Part shown: piece after piece, positions 9,274 to 19,492 of the stretch | Layout of the letters: every line of letters starts with the position of its first letter | Position numbering within the stretch: the first letter of the stretch is position 1 | IMG/VR virus record: IMGVR_UViG_3300045974_000100 | Coordinates: 9,168 to 73,167 of that record | Direction: 5' to 3' (one strand) | DNA: 64,000 nucleotides | Origin: a virus | Notes under the pieces: generated by a model | Told to the model about the DNA's origin: nothing | The model's database searches: none | What the model saw: the letters and a program-made list of their open reading frames with translations, nothing else | Position numbers and translations under genes: made by a program

Positions 9274-9720
9274 ATGACAGACGACCAAGAACCAGACGGC
9301 ACACCGAACCCCGACCACGAGCATTGGGCAGGCGACACCGCCCCCTGGAACCTCGGAGACCAGCCCAATGGCAACCCCGACCCAGGCACCGGCCACATTC
9401 ACACACCTGACCACGGACTGGACTGGGACAGCGTCGAAGTGGACCCCACCGCCCCCAAGGCCGAATGGGTGGAGATCGACGGAGATGAAGAACTCCTCGA
9501 CCCAGTCGAAGCCGAGTACGACGATGAAGGTGAACTCATCACCCCGGAAGGCGAAGCCCTACCCGAGTTGGTTGAACCCATCGATGAAGGCGTCGAGACT
9601 GACACCGACCAGCTCGTCGAGTACGGCGAAGGCACCAAGGAGTTCCTGGAGCAGGCTGCGAAGGCTGAACAGGACGAAGAAGCCGTCTTGACCGAACTGG
9701 CCAAGGAGGACAAGTCATGA
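9274..9720 (+). CDS. Highly acidic hypothetical protein
   Basis: AGGAG RBS; D/E-rich; ATGA-coupled to the peptidase. Confidence 0.75.
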   Translation: MTDDQEPDGTPNPDHEHWAGDTAPWNLGDQPNGNPDPGTGHIHTPDHGLDWDSVEVDPTAPKAEWVEIDGDEELLDPVEAEYDDEGELITPEGEALPELVEPIDEGVETDTDQLVEYGEGTKEFLEQAAKAEQDEEAVLTELAKEDKS

Positions 9721-10199
9721 CGCTCTACGTCAACACCGCCCTGTTCACCCGCCAACCGCTGTGGAACCCGGCCCAGGCCGTCAACTACGCCAAGGGCCAG
9801 GTCACCAAGCCGTCCCGCAACTGGACCAACGACTGCGACATGTTCGCCGGCGCCATGGTGTGGGGCTTCGGCGGCTCGGGTAACACCGGCGCGAAGCAGG
9901 ACTACGACCTCACCCCGAACAACCGCAAGCACCACATGGACGTGAAGAACGCCCCACTAGGGGCGCAGGTGTACTGGGCAACTGGTCGCTGGTGGCACAC
10001 GGCCCTCGTCGTTGGTGCGGGCGGCCTTGTCGCGTCCACAGACGTCCTGCGACCGGGACGAGTGGACTTGGTGAACTTCGACCTCATCAGCCACAAGTGG
10101 AACGCCAAGTGCATGGGGTGGACCATCCCGGACCTGCGTATGGCCTGGGGCCGCAACCCGTCCTCACCGCCGAGCAAGACCCACATCCCAGGCGCGTAA
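9717..10199 (+). CDS. NlpC/P60-CHAP-like cell-wall peptidase (endolysin candidate)
   Basis: WTNDCDMF (catalytic Cys), PLGAQVYW, WHTALVVG (His), C-terminal MGW; AAGGAGG RBS. Confidence 0.7.
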   Translation: MTLYVNTALFTRQPLWNPAQAVNYAKGQVTKPSRNWTNDCDMFAGAMVWGFGGSGNTGAKQDYDLTPNNRKHHMDVKNAPLGAQVYWATGRWWHTALVVGAGGLVASTDVLRPGRVDLVNFDLISHKWNAKCMGWTIPDLRMAWGRNPSSPPSKTHIPGA

Positions 10200-10267
10200 C
10201 TGCCAGCGAATGACCGGTGCACTGGCTACTGTGGCGAGTGAACCATTCGACGAGGAAGGAACCCGAC

Positions 10268-10525
10268 ATGGGTCTTCAAGTGATCCGTCTTGGTACGAAT
10301 GAAGACGGCACCCCGCAGTACCACTACGAAGCACCTGGTGAGCATGTCGTCATCACGGGTCCTGCCACGGGCAACGTCACACTGCCTGACGGCACGGTCG
10401 TCGACGTCACTGCGCCGGTCATCCTGGCTGACAGCCAAGAACACGCGATCCAGATCGCCAACGCCATCGCAGGTGAGCAGCCTGTCGTGGACGCCCCTGT
10501 TCCCACCGAACCTCCCGTCCAGTAA
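10268..10525 (+). CDS. Hypothetical (virion-associated?) protein
   Basis: AAGGA RBS; GPATGNVTLPDGTVVDVT. Confidence 0.7.
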   Translation: MGLQVIRLGTNEDGTPQYHYEAPGEHVVITGPATGNVTLPDGTVVDVTAPVILADSQEHAIQIANAIAGEQPVVDAPVPTEPPVQ

Positions 10526-10535
10526 GGGGTAGATC

Positions 10536-10907
10536 ATGGCTCTGGCCTCTGCTGCGGCTGAGAACGCTGCACTCAACGGACTTGCAGGCGTCGGCTCTAC
10601 CAACACGATGCCGTTCGTTGCCTTGCACACCGCTTCCCCGTCGACCACGGGCGCCAACGAGAACGCGAACGCTGGTTCGTACGCTCGCCAGGCCTGCTCA
10701 TGGAACGCGGCCTCCGGTGGCACGATGACGAACTCCACGGCCCTGACGTTCTCCACGTTGGGCACGATTGCCGTCACTCACATCGGCACCTGGTCGATCG
10801 TCACCTATGCAGGTGGCACGTACTCGATCGGTGCGGCTCTGGGTTCGTCGGTCACGGCCGCGTCCATCACGATCGCCTCTGGCGCCATCACCCTGTCTGC
10901 CACGTAA
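10536..10907 (+). CDS. Small tail/fibre-associated structural protein (paralog 1)
   Basis: FVALHTASPSTTGANE...YARQACSW...NSTALTF...ITHIG-like pattern common in phage minor tail proteins. Confidence 0.75.
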   Translation: MALASAAAENAALNGLAGVGSTNTMPFVALHTASPSTTGANENANAGSYARQACSWNAASGGTMTNSTALTFSTLGTIAVTHIGTWSIVTYAGGTYSIGAALGSSVTAASITIASGAITLSAT

Positions 10908-10916
10908 GGGCTGGTC

Positions 10917-11723
10917 ATGGCCATCACCAATGGTGACCTGTACATCGCTGCTGCGAAGCAGATGCTGCCGTTCATGAAGAGCGGCTCCATCACGACTGTC
11001 GCAAACACGCTGTTCAGCATCTTCAGCCAGGCTGGTAACCCCGGTGCTGGCACATTGGCGATGGCCGCCAACCCTGGCACGGTCCCTGATGACACAGTGG
11101 CCGGCTATCCGTCGCTGAACGCGTTCGGTGGTGGCAACACCGGCTACCTCACGCGCGTGGCCTATGCCAGTTCAGTGCCGTGCCGCATGTACTTGTTCGA
11201 CCGCTTGTGGGGTATGACGTTCGTCCTCACCACGTTGACGACGATCACGGTGACGTCTCCTCCGTCGTACTCGGCCCGCGTGCCTGGCGGTACAGACTTC
11301 AGTGGGTTGAAGATCTTCCTCGAGGTCACGACTGCTGTGTCGGCTACGGCCACGACGGTTACTGTCACGTACACGAACCAGGCGGGCGTCACTGGTCACA
11401 CGACGGGTGCCACAGCGTCACTGTCTGGCTTCATCGCAGGCCGCATGCTCGAACTGCCTCTTGCTGCTGGTGACACGGGTGTGCAGAAGATCGAGTCGAT
11501 TGTTGTGGGTGGCACAGTGGCCACGACGGGTGTCATGAACGTCTTCATCGCCAGGCCGCTGTGGACAGGCCGCGTCATGATCGCCAACGCTGGTGACGTG
11601 CACGGCATCGACCGCATGGGTATGCCGCAGGTGTTCGCTACCTCAGCGCTCTTCCTTGCAGTGGCCACGGACGGTACCGCGTCTGGTCTTCCTGAGCTGT
11701 TGTACGAAGTCGCTAACGGCTAA
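10917..11723 (+). CDS. Putative minor structural protein
   Basis: T/G/A-rich beta protein; VTYTNQAG, LPLAAGDTGV. Confidence 0.7.
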   Translation: MAITNGDLYIAAAKQMLPFMKSGSITTVANTLFSIFSQAGNPGAGTLAMAANPGTVPDDTVAGYPSLNAFGGGNTGYLTRVAYASSVPCRMYLFDRLWGMTFVLTTLTTITVTSPPSYSARVPGGTDFSGLKIFLEVTTAVSATATTVTVTYTNQAGVTGHTTGATASLSGFIAGRMLELPLAAGDTGVQKIESIVVGGTVATTGVMNVFIARPLWTGRVMIANAGDVHGIDRMGMPQVFATSALFLAVATDGTASGLPELLYEVANG

Positions 11724-11737
11724 CGGGGAGGTCTGTC

Positions 11738-14700
11738 GTGGTACAGCCTCTTGGTGGTCGTAATCTTCGTCCGGACGGCCTGTTCTTCCCGTTCGGTGAG
11801 CCTGACCCCAGCATCAACTCTGAGGGCCTGCTCAACTCCTACGTCTTTCCTGGCAACAGGCCGTCCCCAGCACTTGAAGCGCGCGGCGAGTTCTACCAGA
11901 TCGGCACAGGCACGTCGATCACGCTGAACCACGGAACTGGGTGGACCAACAAGCCCCAGTCGGGCGACATCATGGTCGTCACTGTCGTGTGGGATGGCGA
12001 CTCCAATGGTGCGGGTGCTACTCCGTCTGGGTGGACGGTGTTGGCCTCGGGCTTCATCCGTAATGGCGGGTCGAACAACGACGGTGCTACGCCTGGGTTC
12101 GGGGTGTACTACAAGTTCGCTACTGGTTCAGAAACCACAGAGACGTGGAGTGCAGCCTCGTCGACGAACAACTCCATTGCCGTGGTGGGTGTGGCCTACA
12201 TCGGTGCAAGCACACCTGTTGTGGTGGGCGGGGACTACGGAGCATCAGGCCACATAGGCGCGACGTCGATGACGTTGACGAACGCCGTCACTGTAGGCAC
12301 AGCCGGATCGACGTTGGCGTTGTTCTGGTTGGCTGACCACTCCACCACCGTCTCGACGATGCGTGGTTCACCTGGCATGTCCTCGAGGTATGCCCAGGGC
12401 GCGAACGTGCTGTTGGGTGAGCGCGCAACTCTACAGATGCAGTTGCAGCAAAATGCCCAGAGCGGTGCTCAGTCGGGCATCTCCAACCTCGACAGTTTCG
12501 CCAGCCTCAACTGGGGCATGGTGGCAGTCGAGATCCCTGCCAAGGTCTTTGCTGTTCCCTCTGGCTCATTGAGTCTGGGTGGATCTGCGGGTAGCGCGGC
12601 CGCGGCTCCTGCCATCACTGGCGTCTTGATCATCGCGTCGTTCTCAGGCATCAACACCACGGCCAATGCCGGTGCATCTGGTTCAGTGACGTTGTCGGGG
12701 ACGGGCACTGGCAGTTCGGGTGGCGTGTCGGCCACAGCCACTGGTTCGCTCACATTGGGTGGGTCTGCCACGTCTGTGGGTGCGGCGACAGCTGCAGGGT
12801 CGCTCACTCTTGCAGGTGCTGCGGCGAACATCGTTCAAGGCCTGACTGGTTCCCTCACTCTTGCGGGTACGGCAACAGCCGGAGCGCCCGTCAGCGCGAA
12901 CGGCGCATTGACCCTTGCAGGGACGACTACTGCTCGAGCGGCTGCTACTGCGACAGCGTCGATCGTTCTCGCTGGTACGTCTGCGTGGGTGGTGTCTGCA
13001 GTCTCGGGTGCGTTGACACTGGGTGGAAGTGCGTCTGCGGCTGCTAATGCTCCTCCCGCGGTTGGGGCTCTCACCTTGTCGGGTACTGCGACGTGGCTTG
13101 CTCCTGCGATCACGGGTTCGATTACGCTTGCCGCGTCGGCGACCTGGATAGCGCCGGTGATTGCCGGGTCAGTGAGTCTGGCTGGAACCGCCGCGCTGAG
13201 GGGTGCCGCGAGTGCCGTCGGCTCACTGACCTTGGCGAGCACAGCGACCACTCAAGTCGTGGGCATCGCAGGATCTGTGGTGCTGGTTGGGTCTGCCACA
13301 GCTCAGTCACCTGGCGTAGCGACTGGTTCGCTTACTTTGTCGGGCGCCGTAAGTGCCAAGGCTGTGGGTGTTGCATCAGGTTCGCTCACTCTTGCCGGTG
13401 CAGCAGTAGGACCAGGTACTGCAGCGACTGGTTCGATCGCGTTGTCGGGAACCGTGCTGTCGACCTTGCCCGGTGGTTTGGCCACGATTTCGGTGCCCTA
13501 TACCGGCGTCGTCAGCCTGCCAAGTTCTAGTTTGTTGGTGTCTGACTTCCCTGGCCTTGCTGCCGCATTGCAGCCAAACGACATACTTCTCGTCGCGTTG
13601 TGCGCGAGCGGTGACAACGTTCAAGCCACTGCTCCTGCAAGCATCGACTGGACAACAGGCTCTAACGGGTTTGCCACGCTTGGCACGTGTCGTCAAGTCA
13701 ACGGTGGTTCGCCGTTGTTCCAGGGCTACAACATCATGATGTGGAAGCGCAGTCCGAACTCTTCGGATTCCGTTTGCAGCAGTATGGGCGGCATTTCGTG
13801 GACTGACACTGCCTACACTGCTGGCGTCGCCATGATTATCCGTGGCGCTGATACAAGTTCTACTCCGTTCGAGGCGTTAGGTGACGGGGCGCTCGTCAAT
13901 ACTGAACCTTCTTGGTCAGCTCAGACGGTGACGGCGACATCAGGGTCGTTGAGTACAGGCGACGTTCTCGTCAACGCGATTTATGGCTATGAAGCCACTG
14001 GCACTCCTGCATCTCCACCTGGCGGTGTGACGCTGGCTGGTGTCACCAATGTGCAGAACGGCGTATTTGCCGCTCTTGGTTACCAGTTGAGTCCAGGAAC
14101 AGGTGTTCAGTCACGTAACTGGACATTGACGGGTGCAGCCACTCCCATTGCTCGTTGGAATCCTGTCGCTGTTGGTTTCAAGGCCGGTGTGGGAACGAGC
14201 GGTCCTGGCATCATCGCCAATGCTGGTGCGTCGGGAAGTTTGTCGTTGGGTGGTGGGGCAACACCTGCAGCTCGAGCAACTGCCACTGGGTCGCTGTCTT
14301 TGGGTGGCGGCGCAACGCCGTCCTCTACTGCTGCGGGCTCGTTGACTCTTGGAGGTACAGCAGCAGCGAATGCTCCTGTTACGTCGACCGGCGCGTTGAC
14401 GCTTGCCGGTTCTGCTGCTTGGCTGGCACCAGCGGTGACTGGGGCACTGTCATTGAGCGCGGCAGCGGTGTGGTCCGCACCTGCTCTGACAGGCTCGATC
14501 TCGCTATCGGGCGCGGCCAGTCCCGTTGCCCCGGTCGCTGCGTCTGGTTCGTTGTCTCTGGCAGGCCTGGTCAACTTCGGCATATTCGCCATTGGCTCCC
14601 TCACGTTGTCAGGGTCTTTAGCCGCTAGAGGTGCTGCTACTTCCAATGGTTCGATCACGTTGGTTGGAAGTTCGACTGCTACCTCCAACACCACCGCGTC

Positions 14701-15667
14701 GGGATCGCTCACCCTGAGTGGAAGTGCCACATGGACCGTTGTATCCATTGGAAGCCTGCTCCTGGCGGGAACAGTAACGGCGAACGCTGCGACGACTGCC
14801 ACTGGTTCGATCGTGCTTACTGGGACTGCCGCGTGGGTTGCTCCATCCGTCTCGGGATCCCTTGTGTTGGCGGTGACGGCCAATGCAGTTGCCCCGTCCT
14901 TAGCGTCGGGGAGCCTATCCCTAGCAATGTCAGCAGGCTCGATCGCACCGGTTAGTGCTTCGGGCTCGCTCAACCTGGCCGTTGCGCTTAACGCGATCGC
15001 GCGGGCTACCGCTTCTGGCTCCCTCACGCTGGCTGGCATCACGAACCTGGCCACGGTGGTCACTGGGTCTCTGACTCTGTCTGCGGTTGCCTCATGGGTT
15101 GCGCCTGCGGTCAGTGGAGCGATCACGTTGTCTGGGAGCACAAATGCCCTCGTCAGTGGAGGGGCGAGTGGGTCTCTGACGCTTGGCGGTAGCGCCGGGT
15201 GGGTGGTCCGTGGCATTACGGGTGCGGTGACGTTGTCGGGCGTGGCGGCGCCAAGTGCGTTGACAAGTGTCAACGGGTCGCTGACTCTCGGCGCTGCTGC
15301 CTTCTGGACCGTGGTGCCTACAGGCTCCCTCGCTCTTGCCGGGGCCGTTACTGCGAAAGCGACGACGACGGCATCGGGGTCCGTGTCCTTGTCAGGGACT
15401 GCGCTCGTGTCCGGCCTGGCGTTCGCCACGGGAAGCCTCACTCTGGCTGGTCAGGCCTTCTGGGTCACACCTGGCATCACAGGCAGCATCACTCTTGCTA
15501 TGTCGGCCTATGCGATAGCCGGCGCCCCAATCGGCACGTCATGGGAAGGCGTCTTGACCGGCATCATCAGCCGGTGGGCGGTGTATCCCGGACGACGGTG
15601 GGAGGCTTATGAGCGTCCGGACAATGGTTGGGCGACGTCGGGTCTGATCCGAGGAGGAACGGTATGA
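11738..15667 (+). CDS. Giant repeat fibre/adhesin-like protein
   Basis: 1309 aa; dozens of about 20-aa G-S-L-T-L-[S/A]-G repeats interrupted by two related globular domains (GDIMVVTV... / PNDILLVAL...). Confidence 0.8.
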   Translation: MVQPLGGRNLRPDGLFFPFGEPDPSINSEGLLNSYVFPGNRPSPALEARGEFYQIGTGTSITLNHGTGWTNKPQSGDIMVVTVVWDGDSNGAGATPSGWTVLASGFIRNGGSNNDGATPGFGVYYKFATGSETTETWSAASSTNNSIAVVGVAYIGASTPVVVGGDYGASGHIGATSMTLTNAVTVGTAGSTLALFWLADHSTTVSTMRGSPGMSSRYAQGANVLLGERATLQMQLQQNAQSGAQSGISNLDSFASLNWGMVAVEIPAKVFAVPSGSLSLGGSAGSAAAAPAITGVLIIASFSGINTTANAGASGSVTLSGTGTGSSGGVSATATGSLTLGGSATSVGAATAAGSLTLAGAAANIVQGLTGSLTLAGTATAGAPVSANGALTLAGTTTARAAATATASIVLAGTSAWVVSAVSGALTLGGSASAAANAPPAVGALTLSGTATWLAPAITGSITLAASATWIAPVIAGSVSLAGTAALRGAASAVGSLTLASTATTQVVGIAGSVVLVGSATAQSPGVATGSLTLSGAVSAKAVGVASGSLTLAGAAVGPGTAATGSIALSGTVLSTLPGGLATISVPYTGVVSLPSSSLLVSDFPGLAAALQPNDILLVALCASGDNVQATAPASIDWTTGSNGFATLGTCRQVNGGSPLFQGYNIMMWKRSPNSSDSVCSSMGGISWTDTAYTAGVAMIIRGADTSSTPFEALGDGALVNTEPSWSAQTVTATSGSLSTGDVLVNAIYGYEATGTPASPPGGVTLAGVTNVQNGVFAALGYQLSPGTGVQSRNWTLTGAATPIARWNPVAVGFKAGVGTSGPGIIANAGASGSLSLGGGATPAARATATGSLSLGGGATPSSTAAGSLTLGGTAAANAPVTSTGALTLAGSAAWLAPAVTGALSLSAAAVWSAPALTGSISLSGAASPVAPVAASGSLSLAGLVNFGIFAIGSLTLSGSLAARGAATSNGSITLVGSSTATSNTTASGSLTLSGSATWTVVSIGSLLLAGTVTANAATTATGSIVLTGTAAWVAPSVSGSLVLAVTANAVAPSLASGSLSLAMSAGSIAPVSASGSLNLAVALNAIARATASGSLTLAGITNLATVVTGSLTLSAVASWVAPAVSGAITLSGSTNALVSGGASGSLTLGGSAGWVVRGITGAVTLSGVAAPSALTSVNGSLTLGAAAFWTVVPTGSLALAGAVTAKATTTASGSVSLSGTALVSGLAFATGSLTLAGQAFWVTPGITGSITLAMSAYAIAGAPIGTSWEGVLTGIISRWAVYPGRRWEAYERPDNGWATSGLIRGGTV

Positions 15668-15954
15668 ACCGGTTGGATCTGCCCAAGGGCACCCTCGAGT
15701 ACGTGACGATGGTGGTGACCCGCACAGCCAACGATGTGGACCCCAGTACGTTGACGGCGAAGATCGCCATTGTCACGTGGGGCACGACCCCTGTCTCGGG
15801 TGACTTCAACACTGCGACCTGGTTGACCGACGTTCATGGCTGGGGTGTGCTCACGAACACAACCGCGATGTCGGGGAAGTATGCGGTGTGGCTCAAGGTC
15901 ACTGCAACACCCGAAGTGCCGTTGCTTGGCCCTGCGTTGCTCACCGTGGGCTAA
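15664..15954 (+). CDS. Small Ig/BppU-like structural protein
   Basis: ATGA overlap, GGAGG RBS; GKYAVWLKVTATPEVP. Confidence 0.7.
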   Translation: MNRLDLPKGTLEYVTMVVTRTANDVDPSTLTAKIAIVTWGTTPVSGDFNTATWLTDVHGWGVLTNTTAMSGKYAVWLKVTATPEVPLLGPALLTVG

Positions 15955-15981
15955 CGTAAAGACGTTCATCAGGAGGAAGTC

Positions 15982-16329
15982 ATGGCGTTCCGATCTGGCC
16001 AGTTCAAGGCCCTCAGCACAGGTGCCACTGTTCCGCTGCTCAGTTGTTCGGCTACGGGCGGCCAGTTGATGGGTCTGCTGTGGTCGAACCCGACCGCCAC
16101 GGACTGCTACATCAAGCTGTATGACCTGGCAGCAGCCCCAGCACCGGCTTCGGACGTCCCGTTCATGACCATTAAGGCCACAGCGGGCACTACTGGCGCG
16201 TTGAGTGTCAGCAAAGACAACGCCATCCGCTTTACCAACGGCATTCAGGTCCGTGCGACCCTCACAGCACCCAACACCGTCACCGACAACCCTGTCGCTG
16301 GCATCGCCATCGTCGCTTCCGTCCAGTAG
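15982..16329 (+). CDS. Putative small structural (jelly-roll-like) protein
   Basis: AGGAGG RBS; YIKLYD...IRFTNGI. Confidence 0.7.
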   Translation: MAFRSGQFKALSTGATVPLLSCSATGGQLMGLLWSNPTATDCYIKLYDLAAAPAPASDVPFMTIKATAGTTGALSVSKDNAIRFTNGIQVRATLTAPNTVTDNPVAGIAIVASVQ

Positions 16330-16338
16330 GAGGTAGCC

Positions 16339-16731
16339 GTGCCCGCTCCATGGCTCGAACTCATCAAAGAAAAGGGCCTCAAGGCCGCAAAACCGGCATT
16401 TACGCCCCTTGATGACACCCATTCGTTCCGGTACGCCTACTTGTACCTCGAGGATTGGCAGGGTCCGATCGGTGGCCTGCAGGTTCTTCACAAGCATGTG
16501 GACGGAACGTACTGCGGCGGCGATTTGACCTTCGATCACCACGGCAAACCCGGCCAGGTGGTGTGGACTCCGGTGCAGATGACACCGATTTGGCTCAAGG
16601 AGCCTGTCCGTTTCCCGTGTGGGGACCGTGGACGCATCGTGTCGGGCACGTGGGTCGGTGAAATGATCCCGGAGCCTGAGGATGACGGTGTCCAGGTGAG
16701 CATTGATGACTACTTCGATTCAGGAGTCTGA
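16339..16731 (+). CDS. Hypothetical protein
   Basis: AGGAGG RBS + GTG; H..C..C pattern. Confidence 0.65.
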   Translation: MPAPWLELIKEKGLKAAKPAFTPLDDTHSFRYAYLYLEDWQGPIGGLQVLHKHVDGTYCGGDLTFDHHGKPGQVVWTPVQMTPIWLKEPVRFPCGDRGRIVSGTWVGEMIPEPEDDGVQVSIDDYFDSGV

Positions 16732-18262
16732 ACCGGAAGCACGCCGCTTGGTGTTGTCGCGGCCGCCCACCACGAAGGATGAACTGTGGTGGATTGTCAA
16801 AGCCTTGTGGGGTGTGAAGATCCCGCGGAAGCAGATCTGCCCCGACCATGTGGCGCCGTTTGACGCTTTCGCGGAAGGGTACTTCGGCAATGATGCGAAC
16901 TGGGTCCTCTGGTACGGCTCCCGAGGTACTGGGAAGTCACTCATGTTGGCTTTGCTTGCCCTCACCAAGGCAGCAATCCTCGACATCAATGTCACCCTTC
17001 TCGGTGGATCTATGGCGCAGTCTCAGAACGTCCATGAGCACGTCAGTAACCTGCTCGTCTACCCCTGGGCACCCAAGTGGACGATGGATGGCGACCCCAC
17101 ACAGACCCAACTGAAGTTCCTGGCGGGTAACTGGATTCGCCCGCTTCCTGCGTCGCAGAAGACCGTCCGTGGCCCTCACCCTCATATGACGATGCTTGAT
17201 GAGATCGACGAGATGGAGAAGGCCATCTATGACGCCGCTCAGGGCCAGGCGATGGAGAAGGAGAACATGCGTGGGGTGACGATCCCCGAAATGACGGTGG
17301 CGTCCTCAACGTGGCAGAACCCGATGGGCACCTTCCAGGAGGTCCGTGACGAGGCCCTGGAGAAGGGCATGCCGATCCGGACGTGGTGCTTCAAAGAGGT
17401 GCTCAAGACTGAGCAGAACCCGTATGGGTGGATGAAGCCGGAGTTCCTTGAACGTAAGCGTCGCTCGGTGCCACGCGAGATGTTCCGCGTCGAGTATGAG
17501 TTGGGTGAGCCGGCCGGTGGCTCGCGTGCCTTCGACATGACGTTGGTGGAGAAGTACTTCGTCGAGTTGCCGATCGTGTGGGAGAAGCACAACCTCAACG
17601 ACGACATCTTCGTGTTTGAACAGCCGGTGGCTGGTGCGCAGTACGCAGCTGGTGCTGACTGGGGCAAAGAGCGCGACAAGACGGTGTTTGTGGTGCAGCG
17701 CATCGATGAACGTCCGTACAAGACGGTGTACTTCCGTCGGGTGAACCGTCAGCCGTGGCCTCGCATGATCACAGCGTTCAATGACCTGTGCAGCAAGTAC
17801 CACGCTTCTGGCGCCCATGACTCGACCGGCCTGGGCAACGTCATCAATGACTACGCCGATGAGCGCACGTTGAAGGTGCTGTTCGTGGGTCGTGCTCGTA
17901 CTGAACTGCTCACTGAATACATCGTGGCGATGGAGTCGGGGGAGTATCGGTTGCCTCGGAACACGTCAGCGTTTGTGGCTCACAAGGCGACCACGGTGGA
18001 GGAGATCTACGCTCCCGCTCGGTGGAATGCGCACCTGGCCGATGAAGTGGCGGCGTTCGCGGTCGCGCATCAAGCGGCGGTCCGCATGCCGCCTCCCATC
18101 ACTGGCGAGTTCATCAAGTCTGATCCGCGCCCGGCCGCGGCGTTTGCCGGGTTGAACACGACCCCGTCCCAGGCGATGTCTGGTGGGTCTCGGGTGGAGG
18201 AGATCGTTGCCCATGTGGGTCGCGATGACGGCCCTGAGAATGGTGCTTTGGCTCGGTGGTGA
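16703..18262 (+). CDS. terL: Terminase large subunit
   Basis: Walker A GSRGTGKS, VRG-P-HP, Walker B MLDEIDE, coupling ASST, nuclease GADWGKERD and HDSTGLG. Confidence 0.92.
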   Translation: MMTTSIQESEPEARRLVLSRPPTTKDELWWIVKALWGVKIPRKQICPDHVAPFDAFAEGYFGNDANWVLWYGSRGTGKSLMLALLALTKAAILDINVTLLGGSMAQSQNVHEHVSNLLVYPWAPKWTMDGDPTQTQLKFLAGNWIRPLPASQKTVRGPHPHMTMLDEIDEMEKAIYDAAQGQAMEKENMRGVTIPEMTVASSTWQNPMGTFQEVRDEALEKGMPIRTWCFKEVLKTEQNPYGWMKPEFLERKRRSVPREMFRVEYELGEPAGGSRAFDMTLVEKYFVELPIVWEKHNLNDDIFVFEQPVAGAQYAAGADWGKERDKTVFVVQRIDERPYKTVYFRRVNRQPWPRMITAFNDLCSKYHASGAHDSTGLGNVINDYADERTLKVLFVGRARTELLTEYIVAMESGEYRLPRNTSAFVAHKATTVEEIYAPARWNAHLADEVAAFAVAHQAAVRMPPPITGEFIKSDPRPAAAFAGLNTTPSQAMSGGSRVEEIVAHVGRDDGPENGALARW

Positions 18263-18322
18263 CTCCCGGTGAAAGGTTCTTGTGAGCCCTACTCTGGGGG
18301 TAGCCACTCCTAGGAGGCTTCC

Positions 18323-18682
18323 ATGATCCACAACGTCGACATCCTCACCTGGGCGCGTGTCCTGGGTCTGCTTGTCCCCTTTGTCGTCGCGTTCATTACG
18401 AAGGCGCAATCTTCATCGAAGGTCAAAGGGTGGGTCCATGCGGCCGGTGTTGTGATCGCCGGCGCGATCCCGATCTTCATTTCGACAGGTCACCAGCAGA
18501 CGGTGGGCCTGTGGTTGAACTCAATACTGAACGCTTTCGTCGTGTCCGGTGTCGCGTACTTCGCGCTGTACAAGCCCACTGGGCTCAGCGAGGCGGTGTC
18601 CAACGTCGTTCCTATGTTCGGCTTTGGTAAACCCGATCCCACCAAGGTCGCCAACGTAGACGTGCCCCCAAAGGCTGCCTAG
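18323..18682 (+). CDS. Holin-like membrane protein
   Basis: Three hydrophobic segments; LVPFVVAFITK, YKPTGLS; AGGAGG RBS. Confidence 0.65.
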   Translation: MIHNVDILTWARVLGLLVPFVVAFITKAQSSSKVKGWVHAAGVVIAGAIPIFISTGHQQTVGLWLNSILNAFVVSGVAYFALYKPTGLSEAVSNVVPMFGFGKPDPTKVANVDVPPKAA

Positions 18683-18684
18683 TT

Positions 18685-19164
18685 ATGAAGCTCATCCTGC
18701 GTGTGGCGTGGCTCGGGATCACAGAGAAGCCATTCGCTCTCACGGCAGGCCTCACGCTGTTTGCCGCGGGGGTCATCGGCATTGTGCGCCGGTGGCCTCC
18801 GTGGCTGTGGGAAGACATTCATTCGCCGTGGGAGAAGGTCGCCGCGTTTTACCTCTTCTTCGGCTCGTTGTTGTTCTTACTCGGGTTAGTCATGCACCAG
18901 ATCGGCAAGTGGGCTGGCCGCTGTTATCTGTGGGGCTTGTGGCTCCTGTGGAGCGCCAGTCTGCTCATGCTTATCGCCGTCTTCCTCCATCACTCAGCTG
19001 TGAATTGGGAGGAACATGACATCCCTTCGATCGCCATTTGGGGTGGATTCTTGCTGAGTTTCACATTGGCCCTGTTCGGTTTCGCTCACGAAGAGAGACA
19101 GAAGCGAGTGGTCAAGAAACTCATGCTGGACTGGGCGGAAGATACCGACAATGACGGGACTTGA
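18685..19164 (+). CDS. Four-TM membrane protein (lysis accessory?)
   Basis: Four hydrophobic helices; adjacent to the holin-like gene. Confidence 0.65.
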   Translation: MKLILRVAWLGITEKPFALTAGLTLFAAGVIGIVRRWPPWLWEDIHSPWEKVAAFYLFFGSLLFLLGLVMHQIGKWAGRCYLWGLWLLWSASLLMLIAVFLHHSAVNWEEHDIPSIAIWGGFLLSFTLALFGFAHEERQKRVVKKLMLDWAEDTDNDGT

Positions 19165-19456
19165 GATCATGCTTGCGACAGCAGCAGCGCTAGCAGCGCC
19201 CGTGGGTGGTGTGACGACAACCATCATCTTGAAACGCAAGGCACCGGCTGAGAAGGACATTCAGTCACTTGAGGGTACGAAGTTGTCCTTCGACATCATG
19301 GTGGACACCCTCAAGCAGGCGAAGTCGCGCATTACGGCCCTTGAAGAGCAGTGCGCGAGACAGCAGATTGAACTGGACAACACGCGGTCGCAGTTGCGTG
19401 CGGCCCGGAATGACCTGGAAGACCTGCAACGCAAGATCGAGGGAAGCCTCGGTTGA
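19151..19456 (+). CDS. Membrane-anchored coiled-coil protein (lysis accessory?)
   Basis: N-terminal hydrophobic stretch plus heptad-rich C-terminus. Confidence 0.65.
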   Translation: MTGLEIMLATAAALAAPVGGVTTTIILKRKAPAEKDIQSLEGTKLSFDIMVDTLKQAKSRITALEEQCARQQIELDNTRSQLRAARNDLEDLQRKIEGSLG

Positions 19457-19492
19457 GCCGAGTACCGTGGAACCAACGTAGGGAGGCCCACT

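Noticed and set aside
14107-15441. 444-aa repetitive minus-strand ORF
   Set aside because: Mirror image of the GSLTL repeats on the coding strand.
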